Source of the DNA: Thermoplasmata archaeon | GTDB lineage: Archaea; Thermoplasmatota; E2; JACPAO01; JAHFTW01 | Assembly: GCA_034667725.1 (NCBI GenBank) | Contig: JAXDQS010000010.1 | Span: 320,001-384,000 of the forward strand | Reading direction: 5' to 3' | DNA: 64,000 bases | Shown: piece after piece, positions 47,122 through 56,610 of the stretch | Layout: each line of letters opens with the position of its first letter | Position numbering within the stretch: position 1 is the stretch's first letter | The notes under the pieces: model-generated | Database searches by the model: none | What the model was told of the DNA's origin: nothing | The model's input: only the letters and a program-made list of their open reading frames with translations | Position numbers and translations under genes: made by a program

Positions 47122-48468
47122 ATGCGCATCCTTGCTGCCGTCCTTGCGCTGGCCGCCGCCGTGGCGTTCCTGCCCGGCGGGTCGGCCCAGACGCACCAGT
47201 GCGGCGATATCGACCTGGTGTTCAAGAACCCGGACCTGCAGCCGGCGGACGACGGCTTCATCCACGCCGAGGGACAGTTCTTCGCGCAGTTCCAGGCCAT
47301 CGGGCCGCGCGCCGCCGAGATCGCCGTCTTCGGGTTCAGCTTCGGCGCCCACACCATCGACGTGGACGAGGCCGTGTGCGACGCGCCGCAGTGGGCCACG
47401 GGCGCCTACGTCCCCAACTACCGCGCCGACCGCGACGCCAGCGACGGCTTCTTCATCCCGATCAAGACCACGCTGGTCCCGGACGGCACCTACGCGGTCG
47501 CCGTGCACGCCTACGACGCCCAGAACGTCGAGCTGGCGCGCTTCTGGGGCAAGGCCATCGTGGACAACTGCGACCCCCAGCCCACGCCGGCGCAGGAGAA
47601 GTGCGACCAGGACCCGGCCCAGCTCGTCGCCCACGACGCCACCGCCCCGTGGCCCATCGTCCTGCCCGGCGACGGCCAGGCGCTCGACGGCCACCAGTTC
47701 ACCATCGAGTTCGGCGAGCCGCTCTCCAACCTCACGGTCTACCTCAACGGCCAGGACATCACCGCCCAGATGGCGGCATGGGACGGCCGCCTGTGGGATG
47801 GCGACTACGTCCCCGACTACGGCCCCGGCGGCCTCAGCGAAGTGGTCGCCCCGCCGTGCAGCGGCGCCCCCGGCCAGGCGTGCGAGCACTACGGCCCCGC
47901 CTACGAGTGGACCGGCCGCCCGCTGGTGGACGCCGACGTGGTGCGCATCGAGGCGCACGACCTGGCCGGCAACCTCGCCGTCAAGGACCTCCACATCGGC
48001 TCGGGGCTCACCAGCGGCGCCGTCACCGCCGACGTGGCGCTGCTGTCCGACTCGGTGGACCACCTCGAGCAGCCGGCCGCCGCGGGCGGCGCCGCCGTGT
48101 TCCACTTCAACATCACCAACAACGGCGGCGGCACCGGCCACCCGTTCGCCGGCGCCCAGGCGCCCCCCGGCTGGACCGCACGCTGGGAGCCGGTCCATGT
48201 CGTGGTGGCGCCCGGCAAGACCGAGCCCCAAAGCCTGCGCGTCGAGGTGCCCGCCGGCACGCCGGACGGCCGCTACGCCGTCAACGCCACCTTGACCTAC
48301 GCCTCGGGCAGCGAGGAGAAGGTCATCGCGCGGCCGCTCTGGGTGGTCGTCGGCGCCGGCACGGCCGCCGCCACGAGCCCCGCCGACGACGGCGCGACGG
48401 CGCCGCTGCCGGCGCCGTTCGCGGCCGTCGCGGCGGCGTTGCTGCTGGCGCGGCGGCGGCTGCGCTGA
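47122..48468 (+). CDS. Secreted surface protein with NPCBM-associated-like domain and sorting-like tail
   Basis: Signal peptide; ITNNGG...PPGW...VEVP; APLP-TM-RRRLR. Confidence 0.8.
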   Translation: MRILAAVLALAAAVAFLPGGSAQTHQCGDIDLVFKNPDLQPADDGFIHAEGQFFAQFQAIGPRAAEIAVFGFSFGAHTIDVDEAVCDAPQWATGAYVPNYRADRDASDGFFIPIKTTLVPDGTYAVAVHAYDAQNVELARFWGKAIVDNCDPQPTPAQEKCDQDPAQLVAHDATAPWPIVLPGDGQALDGHQFTIEFGEPLSNLTVYLNGQDITAQMAAWDGRLWDGDYVPDYGPGGLSEVVAPPCSGAPGQACEHYGPAYEWTGRPLVDADVVRIEAHDLAGNLAVKDLHIGSGLTSGAVTADVALLSDSVDHLEQPAAAGGAAVFHFNITNNGGGTGHPFAGAQAPPGWTARWEPVHVVVAPGKTEPQSLRVEVPAGTPDGRYAVNATLTYASGSEEKVIARPLWVVVGAGTAAATSPADDGATAPLPAPFAAVAAALLLARRRLR

Positions 48469-48524
48469 ACGGCCCCGGTTCCGCCCCGTCGCGCTTATCT
48501 CCAAGCCGGCGGTTTCAGCCTGGG

Positions 48525-49397
48525 ATGGCCGAACCCCGACCGCGTGGATTCCTGGTGGCCATCGGCGGCAACGAGGACAAGACGTCGGACAAGGCGGTCC
48601 TCCGGTCGGTCCTGGAGCTGGTGCGGGGCGGCTCGCGCCACGTCGAGGTCATCCCCACGGCGTCGACGCTGCCGAAGGAGGTCGCGGACGACTACATCAA
48701 GGCGTTCAAGGACCTGGGCGTCCGCAAGGTCGGCATCCTGGACATCCGCAGCCGCGAGGACGCCGACCGCGAGGACTACGCCCAGCGCGTCCACGACTGC
48801 GACGTGGTCTACATCACGGGCGGCGACCAGGTCCGCCTGACCAGCCTGCTTGGCGGCTCCAAGGTGGGCCAGGCGATGCGCGACACCTACTTCGACGGCG
48901 GCGTCGTGGCCGGCACCTCCGCGGGGGCCGCCGCCATGAGCACCACGATGATCGCGGGCGGCGACCACGAGCAGGCGATGCGCAAGCGCTCGGTCGCCAT
49001 GACGCCGGGGCTCGGTTTGGTGAAGGACTGCGTCATCGACACCCATTTCCTCGACCGCGGCCGTGTCAGCCGCCTGCTGGAGGTCGTGGCCACCAACCCG
49101 GGCACCATCGGCCTGGGCGTCGGCGAGGACACGGGCATCCTGGTGCGCGACGGCCACCGCGTCGAGGTGCTGGGCTCCGGCATCGTGGTCGTGGTGGACG
49201 GGAAGGAAATCCGCACCAGCAACGTCCCGGACGCCGGCCCGCACGAGCCGTTGGCGGTCGAGCGGCTCATCCTGCACACCTTGGTCGCGGGCTACGGCTT
49301 CGACCTGGCGGAGCATGTGTACAGCGCCCCGCCGGCGAAGAAGAAGACCGCCGAGGAGAAGCGGGCCGAGGCCAAGGCGGGCGAAGCCGGCCGCTGA
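48525..49397 (+). CDS. cphB: Cyanophycinase (peptidase S51)
   Basis: IGGNEDK, IPTAS, TGGDQ.RL, GTSAGA, IDTHF..RGR..RL, GVGEDT. Confidence 0.88.
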   Translation: MAEPRPRGFLVAIGGNEDKTSDKAVLRSVLELVRGGSRHVEVIPTASTLPKEVADDYIKAFKDLGVRKVGILDIRSREDADREDYAQRVHDCDVVYITGGDQVRLTSLLGGSKVGQAMRDTYFDGGVVAGTSAGAAAMSTTMIAGGDHEQAMRKRSVAMTPGLGLVKDCVIDTHFLDRGRVSRLLEVVATNPGTIGLGVGEDTGILVRDGHRVEVLGSGIVVVVDGKEIRTSNVPDAGPHEPLAVERLILHTLVAGYGFDLAEHVYSAPPAKKKTAEEKRAEAKAGEAGR

Positions 49398-49412
49398 CCC
49401 CCCTCGGGGGGT
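49397..49412 (+). terminator. Hairpin after cyanophycinase gene
   Basis: ACCCCC-CTCG-GGGGGT stem-loop directly after the stop codon. Confidence 0.45.
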
Positions 49413-49536
49413 TGACATGTCTTGCCACGCCAGCTTCGCGCATGGCGGCGATCGCCCCGCCCTCTCCCGGAACTCTTTAAGAACGCCAGCAGGTCGCCGC
49501 CAACAGGGAGCGGCCGCTCCCGATCCAGGGACCCCA

Positions 49537-51345
49537 ATGCCCACCTACACCTTCCGCTTCGCCGGCGAGTCTGGCGAGGGCGTCATCTCCGCGGGCGAGA
49601 TCGCCTGCCTGGCCTTGTCGGACATCGGCTTCAACGTCTTCACGTTCGAGTCCTACCCCGCCGAGATCAAGGGCGGCCACTGCTGGTACCAGGTCCGCTC
49701 CGGCAACGAGGAGGTGCTGTCCGCCGGCACCGCCGTCGACTGCCTGTGCGCCTTCAACCAGGAAGCGATCGACAGCCACATGAAGGCCGTCGGCAAGGGC
49801 GGCGTGGTGGTCTACGACCCCGGCCAGGTCACCAAGCTCCCCAGCGACCGCCCCGACCTGGTGCTCTACCCGGTCCCCTTCGACACCCTGGTGAAGGAGA
49901 AGGTCCAGTCCCCGAAGTCGAAGAACGTCTTCGCCGTCGCCACCGTCGCGGCCCTCTACGGCATCCCCGCCGCCGAGATCAAGAAGACCATGCAGAAGAA
50001 GTACAAGGGCAAGAACCCGAAGCTGCTGGAGCTCAACGACCTCGCCGTCGACGCCGCCTACGCCCACGTGGCCGGCCTGGAGCGCAAGCACACCGGCGCG
50101 CTGCGCGTCGGCGCCCACGACGAGGAACGCATCCTCCTCAACGGCAACGACGCCATCGCCCTCGGCGCCCTGGTCGCCGGCTGCGACTTCTTCGCCGGCT
50201 ACCCCATCACGCCCGCAAGCAGCATCCTCGAAGCCCTGGCAACCGAGATGCCCAAGCTGGGCCACACCTGCATCCAGGCCGAGGACGAGATGTCCGCGCT
50301 GGCCCACTGCCTCGGCGCCTCCTACGCCGGCAAGAAGCCCGCCACCGCCACCTCCGGCCCCGGCCTGTCGCTGATGCAGGAGCTTCTCGGCCTCGCCTCC
50401 ACCGCCGAGCTGCCCGTCGTCATCATCAACTGCATGCGCGGCGGCCCGTCCACAGGACTGCCGACGAAGCCCGAGCAGAGCGACCTCAACGAGATGGTCT
50501 ACGGCTCCCACGGCGAGGCCAGCCGCATCGTGATCGCCCCCGCCGGCGTCCGCGACTCGTTCTACCAGACCATCTGGGCGTTCAACCTGGCCGAGAAGTA
50601 CCAGGTCCCCGTCATCCTCGCCACCGACCATTCGCTCTCCAACCGCACCGAGAACATCACCCTCCCGAAGCTGAAGGGCACCCCCATCCTGCGCCGCAAG
50701 ATCGCGACCGAGGCCGACCTCGCCGACTACAAGCGCTACAAGCTCACCGCCGACGGCGTGAGCCCCCAGGCCCTCCCCGGCCAGCCGGGCGGCGTCCACG
50801 TCGCCGAGGGCCTCGAGCACAACGAGTACGGCAACCCCAACTACACCGGCCCCAACCACGAGGCCATGATCCGCAAGCGCCTGCACAAGATCGACGACGC
50901 CTGGGACTACCCCGGCGCGGTCGAGCGCTTCGGCGACGAGAACCCCGACGTCCTGGTGGTCACCTGGGGCAGCACCAAGGGCCCCACCAAGGAGGCCGTC
51001 ACCGCCGCCCTGCACGAAGGCAAGAAGGTCGGCTACGTCGTCCCCAAGATCCTCAACCCGCTGCCCGTCAAGGGCTTCCTTGACCTCGTCGCCGCCGCCC
51101 CCCAGGTCATCGTCGCCGAGATGAACCACACCGGCCAGCTCGAAGGCCTGCTGCGGAAGCACATCGCGCGCGACTTCGTCCGCCTCAACAAGGTCCAGGG
51201 CAGCCCCATGACCTGGCTCGAGATCAAGGAGAAGATCGACGGCGTCGTCGCCGGCACCATCCGCGCCCAGCCGACCCATGGCAGCGTGGCGCCCACCCAC
51301 AGCCCCAAGGGCAAGCCGCCCCAGACCCAGGAGGTCGACGCTTGA
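49537..51345 (+). CDS. korA: 2-oxoacid:ferredoxin oxidoreductase alpha subunit (gamma-alpha fusion)
   Basis: GESGEGVISAG, YPAEIKGG, GYPITPAS, QAEDE, TSGPG, RGGPSTGLPT, EMN. Confidence 0.93.
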   Translation: MPTYTFRFAGESGEGVISAGEIACLALSDIGFNVFTFESYPAEIKGGHCWYQVRSGNEEVLSAGTAVDCLCAFNQEAIDSHMKAVGKGGVVVYDPGQVTKLPSDRPDLVLYPVPFDTLVKEKVQSPKSKNVFAVATVAALYGIPAAEIKKTMQKKYKGKNPKLLELNDLAVDAAYAHVAGLERKHTGALRVGAHDEERILLNGNDAIALGALVAGCDFFAGYPITPASSILEALATEMPKLGHTCIQAEDEMSALAHCLGASYAGKKPATATSGPGLSLMQELLGLASTAELPVVIINCMRGGPSTGLPTKPEQSDLNEMVYGSHGEASRIVIAPAGVRDSFYQTIWAFNLAEKYQVPVILATDHSLSNRTENITLPKLKGTPILRRKIATEADLADYKRYKLTADGVSPQALPGQPGGVHVAEGLEHNEYGNPNYTGPNHEAMIRKRLHKIDDAWDYPGAVERFGDENPDVLVVTWGSTKGPTKEAVTAALHEGKKVGYVVPKILNPLPVKGFLDLVAAAPQVIVAEMNHTGQLEGLLRKHIARDFVRLNKVQGSPMTWLEIKEKIDGVVAGTIRAQPTHGSVAPTHSPKGKPPQTQEVDA

Positions 51346-52295
51346 GCCCGAACCCCCCCACCGCCACCCCCGGCCACGCCCTCCCCGAGGCCGACCACGT
51401 CAAGCCCATCAGCAAGCCGAGCCAGCTTCCGGTCTCCGGCGACCTGACCGCCAAGGACTACAAGGGCACCCTGCCCCCGGTCTGGTGCCCCGGCTGCGGC
51501 GACTTCGCCGTCCTCAACGCCATGCAGAAGGCGCTCGCCGACCTCAAGCTCCCGCCCCACGAGGTCGTCTTCGTCTCCGGCATCGGGTGCAGCAGCCGCT
51601 TCCCCCACTTCATGAACGCCTACGGCTTCCACGCCGTCCACGGCCGCAGCCTGCCCGTCGCGGTCGGCGTCAAGCTCGCCATGCCCGACAAGACCGTCAT
51701 CGCGGTCGGCGGCGACGGCGACGGCATGGCCATCGGCGCCGGCCACTTCGTCCACACCGCGCGCCGCAACCCCAAGCTCGCCTACGTCATGATGGACAAC
51801 GAGATCTACGGCCTCACCAAGGGCCAGGCCTCGCCCACCTCCGAGGTCGGCCTCAAGACCAAGACGACGCCGTTCGCGGCCCCCCTCAAGTCCGCCGACC
51901 AGCCCGTCAACCCGCTCGCCCTCGCCCTGATCTCGGGCGCCACCTGGGTCGCGCGCGGCTACTCGGGCAAGGTCAAGGAGCTCACCGACCTGATCAAGCA
52001 GGCCATCCAGCACGACGGCTACGCCTTCCTCCAGGTCGTGAGCCCCTGCGTGACGTTCCACGACATCTACGAGGCCGCCAAGGCGAACCAGCGCCAGCTC
52101 GAGCCCACCCATGACCGGCACGACAAGTTCGCCGCCATGAAGGCCGCCATGACCGACCACTGGGTCACCGGCGTGTTCTACGAGGAGACCCGGCAGCACT
52201 TCCACGCCGCGCTGGACAGCCAGAAGGCCGACGCCGCCGCCCGCAAGGGCACCGGCCTCGCCGCCCTCGCGGCGCGCATCACGGCGACGGCGTAG
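51342..52295 (+). CDS. korB: 2-oxoacid:ferredoxin oxidoreductase beta subunit
   Basis: WCPGCGD, SGIGCS, HGR, GGDGD, DNEIYGLTKGQ, SPC. Confidence 0.93.
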   Translation: MSPNPPTATPGHALPEADHVKPISKPSQLPVSGDLTAKDYKGTLPPVWCPGCGDFAVLNAMQKALADLKLPPHEVVFVSGIGCSSRFPHFMNAYGFHAVHGRSLPVAVGVKLAMPDKTVIAVGGDGDGMAIGAGHFVHTARRNPKLAYVMMDNEIYGLTKGQASPTSEVGLKTKTTPFAAPLKSADQPVNPLALALISGATWVARGYSGKVKELTDLIKQAIQHDGYAFLQVVSPCVTFHDIYEAAKANQRQLEPTHDRHDKFAAMKAAMTDHWVTGVFYEETRQHFHAALDSQKADAAARKGTGLAALAARITATA

Positions 52296-52304
52296 CCCCG
52301 CCCG

Positions 52305-52595
52305 CTACCCGTCCAGGACGCCCAGCAGGATGCCGAGCGCAAGCTCCATCAGGCCGCCCATGACCTCGGCCCCGAAGTCCACCTCGGGCACCTTGTGCTG
52401 GCGCCGCGCCACCGCCGACTTGACCTTCCGCACCGCCCACCACGTCCGGAGCCATCCGAAGCCAAGCGCCCGCAGGTCGCGGCGCAGGCTGCCCCACGCC
52501 CGCCGCGCCACCTTCTCGTCGCGCGCCGCCGGCGCCAGCAGGTCCTCGGTGTGCCGCTCCAGCACGGCGCGGACCTGCGCCTCGTGGCCGGTCAT
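52305..52595 (-). CDS. Small hypothetical protein (96 aa)
   Basis: ATGA coupling with upstream ORF; hydrophobic C-terminus. Confidence 0.55.
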   Translation of the reverse strand: MTGHEAQVRAVLERHTEDLLAPAARDEKVARRAWGSLRRDLRALGFGWLRTWWAVRKVKSAVARRQHKVPEVDFGAEVMGGLMELALGILLGVLDG

Positions 52596-52828
52596 GCGCC
52601 CACCGCGTCCAGCACGGCCTCGGCCGCCACGTCGTCCCACCGGCCGCGCAGCCGCCGCGCGCCGCGCGCGCACTGCCGCACCAGCCGCTTGGCGGCGCGG
52701 CGCCGCAAGCCCGCGGCCCGCAGCGCGTGGTAGGCGCGCCGGCGGACGCCGCGGCGGGCCAGCGTGGCAAGCAGGCCGGGGCGGGCAAGCTCGCGCATCA
52801 TGGCGGCAAGGACGCCGCGGGGCTCCAT
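52592..52828 (-). CDS. Small Arg-rich hypothetical protein (78 aa)
   Basis: ATG start, fills intergenic gap, coupled to downstream ORF. Confidence 0.5.
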   Translation of the reverse strand: MEPRGVLAAMMRELARPGLLATLARRGVRRRAYHALRAAGLRRRAAKRLVRQCARGARRLRGRWDDVAAEAVLDAVGA

Positions 52829-52853
52829 GGAGGCCCCAGGCGCGGGCGCGGCT

Positions 52854-53537
52854 TCAAGGCTGGCGGTCCAGGGGCGGGCCGCAGCGGTAGCCGTCGAGCG
52901 ACCAGTGGTCGGCGGGGGTCACGAGCCGCACCTTGGCCCAGTCGCCGCACAGCCGGGCCAGCCAGACGGCGGTGTCGCCTTCCGTCACCTTGTAGGCGTC
53001 GAGGCCGCCCAGCACGTCCACGCGCTCCCAGGCGACGACCTCCAGGTCCACCGAGTTGGAGAACGGCTCGGGGGCGCCGCCGTCGCGCGCCCAGGTGCCG
53101 CGGCAGGTCTCGGACCAGCGGGCGCCCGCCTCGAGCCGGCCCGGCCGGCCTGGGCAGGCGTCGAACCGGAAGCGGGCGGCCTCGTTGGCGACGACGGCGC
53201 CACCCTTGGCCACCACCGTCTCGGAGTCGATGGCGTGACGGGCGCGGGTGGCGGGGTCGTTCCAGTGGACGGCGTCGTCGGTGCGCACGATGTCGTCCCA
53301 CGCCGTCACCTCATGGATGGCGACGCGCTCCAGCAGACGGGGCGCGCCGGCCACGTCGAGCGGAGCCGGCGGCAGCAGCGTCGCCTCCAGGGTCCAGCGG
53401 GCGTCGGGCGCGAACGAGCCGCGCGTGCCCGACGCGGTCCACCCAAGCAGGACCTCGGCGCCGGCCGGCGTCGGCTGCACGCAGCCCGCGACGGCCAGGA
53501 GGGCGAGCGCCAGCAGGGCCGGCCGCGGCAGCCTCAT
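52854..53537 (-). CDS. Hypothetical lipoprotein
   Basis: MRLPRPALLALALLAVAGC lipobox; ATGA coupling. Confidence 0.72.
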   Translation of the reverse strand: MRLPRPALLALALLAVAGCVQPTPAGAEVLLGWTASGTRGSFAPDARWTLEATLLPPAPLDVAGAPRLLERVAIHEVTAWDDIVRTDDAVHWNDPATRARHAIDSETVVAKGGAVVANEAARFRFDACPGRPGRLEAGARWSETCRGTWARDGGAPEPFSNSVDLEVVAWERVDVLGGLDAYKVTEGDTAVWLARLCGDWAKVRLVTPADHWSLDGYRCGPPLDRQP

Positions 53538-54385
53538 GCTCCGCGCCGCCGGGCCCGCGCCGTCACGGCGACGGCGGCGGCAAGGGCGGCCAGGGCCGCG
53601 GGCGCCTCCAGGCCCGGGCCGTCGAGGTGGCCCAGCCGCTTGTCGGCCTCGGGGTTGAAGAAGCGAATCTGCCAGGGCGATGAAGTGTCGAAGCCTTGGA
53701 GCTCCATCGTGGGCTGGTCGCCCGTGCGCGTGAAGGTGCCGTTGTAGCCGACGCCGACGACCTCCTGGACGACCCAGCCTGCCGGGGCGCGGACGACGAC
53801 GGACTCGATGACGGGCTTGGACACTTCGACCGCGCTGTCGGTGGGCAGCCCGGCGGTCGCGTTCGGTTGCGCGCCGTGGAGGGTCATGCGGGAGAAGTCG
53901 TGGGCGACGTGGAAGCCGTACTCGCGCACCGCCTGGGTCTCGAAGTCGGCGAACGGCACCTCGGCGCCGAGGGTGGAGCCGTCGTGGGCCTGGGCGGGTT
54001 CGTCGTAGAAGCCGTGGCCGAGGTGGCGCCACGTCGTGGCGTAGACCGGGCGGATCGGGGTCGCGGTGGTGTAGGGGGCGCCCGGCGCGAGGAACAGGCT
54101 CTTGTTGCCCATGTCGAGGCCGCCGGGCCAGAGCTTGAGGGTGCCGTAGCGGAACGCCTCGGCCTCCGCCTGGGAGGCGCGGCCGTCGCCGTTGAGGTCC
54201 ACGTCGGCCCAAGACGACTGCCTGGCCGTCTCGTTGAGGTCCTCGTCCACGGTGATGCGCACTTGGCGGAAGCCGTCGGTGGGCTCGATGACGACGATGC
54301 AGAAGGCGTCCGGCGGCGCCTCGGCGGCCACGCTCGGGGCCAGCACGGCCGCGACCAGGACGGCGAGGGCCGCCCGCAACGTCAT
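53534..54385 (-). CDS. Secreted surface protein with EF-hand-like loop and sorting-like tail
   Basis: Signal peptide, DLNGDGRASQAE, GPG-TM-RARRR. Confidence 0.75.
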   Translation of the reverse strand: MTLRAALAVLVAAVLAPSVAAEAPPDAFCIVVIEPTDGFRQVRITVDEDLNETARQSSWADVDLNGDGRASQAEAEAFRYGTLKLWPGGLDMGNKSLFLAPGAPYTTATPIRPVYATTWRHLGHGFYDEPAQAHDGSTLGAEVPFADFETQAVREYGFHVAHDFSRMTLHGAQPNATAGLPTDSAVEVSKPVIESVVVRAPAGWVVQEVVGVGYNGTFTRTGDQPTMELQGFDTSSPWQIRFFNPEADKRLGHLDGPGLEAPAALAALAAAVAVTARARRRGA

Positions 54386-55854
54386 TCCTCCAGGATGCGC
54401 TGCAAGACGATGCGCAACCCGGCGGCGGTGGGCCCCTTGCCGAAGTAGTCCATGCCCGCTGTCCAGGCCTTGGAGGCGATGTCGAGGTGGGCCCACTGGG
54501 TGTCCTTGGCGAAGTGCTTCAAAAACGAGCCGCCGATGCTGGTGCCGGCGCGGTTGCTGAGGCTGATGTTCTGCAGGTCGGCGTAGGCGCCCTTGTTGGC
54601 CTCGTCGTACTCCTCGCCCTGGGGAAGCTGCCAGGCCTTGTCGCCGCAGGCGCGCGAGTCCGCCACGAGGCGCTGGGCGAAGCGGTCGTCGCTGGAGAGG
54701 ACGGCGACGTAGGTGGCGCCGACGGCGATGTCGCAAGCCCCTGTGAGGGTGGCCATGTCGACGATCCAGGCCGGCTCGAAGGTGCGGGCGTGCGTGATGG
54801 CGTCGGCCAGGATGAGGCGCCCCTCGGCGTCGGTGTTGAGGACCTCGATGGTGGTGCCGTCCTTGGCGGTCACGATGTCGCCGGGCCGCTGCGCCGTGCC
54901 GCTGGGCATGTTCTCGACGGCGGGCACGATGCCGACGACGCGGTGCTTGACCCCGAGCGCCTTGAGGGTGCCCATGAGTGCCACGGTGTTGCAGGCGCCG
55001 ACCTTGTCGTACTTCATCTCCCACATCTTGTCGCCCGGCTTGAGCGAGATGCCGCCGGAGTCGAAGCAGACGCCCTTGCCGACCACGCAGAGGGTCTTCT
55101 TGGCGCCCTTCGGGTGGTAGTCCATCGTGATGAGCTGCTCCTCGTTCGCGGACCCCTGCGCGACCCCGCACAACGCGCCGAAGCCTTCCCGCCGCAGCTC
55201 CTCGCGGCCCTTGACGGAGACCGAGAAGCCAAGCTTGCGGCCGCGCGCCTTGGCCTCCGCCGCGAGCCACTGGGGCGTGCAGACGTTGGCCGGCGTGTTC
55301 GAGAGCAGGCGCGAGTCGTTGACGGCGCCGGCCACGACGGCGGCGCGCTCGATGGCGCGGCGGGCCGCGGCGGCCGCCTTGCCGTCCACCACGACCTGGA
55401 GCGTCTCGAGCTTGACGGGCTTGGGCTCGTCCGGCTTCTCCTCCTTCTTGCCCTTCCACTGGTCGAAGTCGAGGGCGCCGATCAGGACGCCGTGCGTGAT
55501 GGCCTGCGCGGCGGCGGGATGCCGGACGTCGGAGGCGAGCGTGGTCGCGGCCGTGCGGCAGCCGAGGCTTGCGCAGGCGCGGGCGGCAAGGTTGGCCAGG
55601 GTGCCGACCTTCTCCTGCGTCAGCTTCTTCGGGTCGCCCAGCCCGACGAGCAGCACCCAGCCCTTCGGGGTCGGGACCGAGCGGAGCGCCTTGAACGGCA
55701 AGCCGATGTCCTTGTTGTCCAGGACGGCCTTCACGGTCGGGTCGGCGTGCAGGCCGAACGCCTTCAGCCCAGGAGCCTTGCGCTGGGCGTCCACGCCCAC
55801 CACGAACGCCTGCGCCTTGGCCTGGCTCAAGGAGACGGGGACGACTTCGACCAT
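54382..55854 (-). CDS. pepA: Leucyl aminopeptidase (M17)
   Basis: VGKGVCFDSGG, MKYD, ENMP, NTDAEGRLILAD, TLTGA, HLDIA. Confidence 0.95.
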   Translation of the reverse strand: MVEVVPVSLSQAKAQAFVVGVDAQRKAPGLKAFGLHADPTVKAVLDNKDIGLPFKALRSVPTPKGWVLLVGLGDPKKLTQEKVGTLANLAARACASLGCRTAATTLASDVRHPAAAQAITHGVLIGALDFDQWKGKKEEKPDEPKPVKLETLQVVVDGKAAAAARRAIERAAVVAGAVNDSRLLSNTPANVCTPQWLAAEAKARGRKLGFSVSVKGREELRREGFGALCGVAQGSANEEQLITMDYHPKGAKKTLCVVGKGVCFDSGGISLKPGDKMWEMKYDKVGACNTVALMGTLKALGVKHRVVGIVPAVENMPSGTAQRPGDIVTAKDGTTIEVLNTDAEGRLILADAITHARTFEPAWIVDMATLTGACDIAVGATYVAVLSSDDRFAQRLVADSRACGDKAWQLPQGEEYDEANKGAYADLQNISLSNRAGTSIGGSFLKHFAKDTQWAHLDIASKAWTAGMDYFGKGPTAAGLRIVLQRILEE

Positions 55855-55947
55855 TGGGCGCGGCAGGAAGGAGATGGCGATAAAGCGAGCGCACCCCCGC
55901 GGCGCACGCCTGACCCCTTATCAACCGCCTCCGAGTCGGCGCCGTTG

Positions 55948-56610
55948 GTGCGCGTCGCCGTCCTGGCCTCCGGCCATGGCTCCAACCTCCAGGCCTTGCT
56001 GGACCACGCCGCCGCCGGCCGGGTCCAGGCCAAGGTCACGCTGCTGGCCACCGACAAGCCGGGCTGCGGCGCCGTCGTCCGCGCCCGCAAAGCCAAGATT
56101 CCCGCGGTCGTCGAGTTGCCGAAGGAGAAAGGGGAAACGTCGCAGGCCTACGACGCCCGCCTTCTCGAAACCCTCCAGGCCGAGCGCCCCGACCTCGTCG
56201 TCCTGGCCGGCTACATGCGCATCGTCGGCCCCGCCATCACCGGCGCCTTCCCCGGACGCATCGTGAACATCCACCCGAGCCTGCTGCCGGGCTTCCGCGG
56301 CCTCGGCGCCGTCGCCCAGGCGCACGCCGCCCGCGTCAAGGTCGCCGGCTGCACCACCCACCTCGTCACCGACGAGCTCGACGGCGGCCCCATCCTCCTC
56401 CAGGCCGCCCTGCTGGTCCGCGACGGCGAGGGCTTGGAGCGGCTGCAGCAGAGAATCCTCCGCCTGGAGCACCTGCTGCTGCCGCGCACGGTGCAGTTGT
56501 TCGCCGAGGGCCGCATCGCGCCCGACGGCCGCATCGCGCCCGGGCCCTCCTGGCTGGGCCTGCCGGGCCTCGACCTGGCCTCCGGCGCGATGTACGGCGA
56601 GGGCTTCTGA
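55948..56610 (+). CDS. purN: Phosphoribosylglycinamide formyltransferase
   Basis: LASGHGSNLQA, LAGYMRI, NIHPSLLP, GCTTH..LDGGPI. Confidence 0.95.
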   Translation: MRVAVLASGHGSNLQALLDHAAAGRVQAKVTLLATDKPGCGAVVRARKAKIPAVVELPKEKGETSQAYDARLLETLQAERPDLVVLAGYMRIVGPAITGAFPGRIVNIHPSLLPGFRGLGAVAQAHAARVKVAGCTTHLVTDELDGGPILLQAALLVRDGEGLERLQQRILRLEHLLLPRTVQLFAEGRIAPDGRIAPGPSWLGLPGLDLASGAMYGEGF

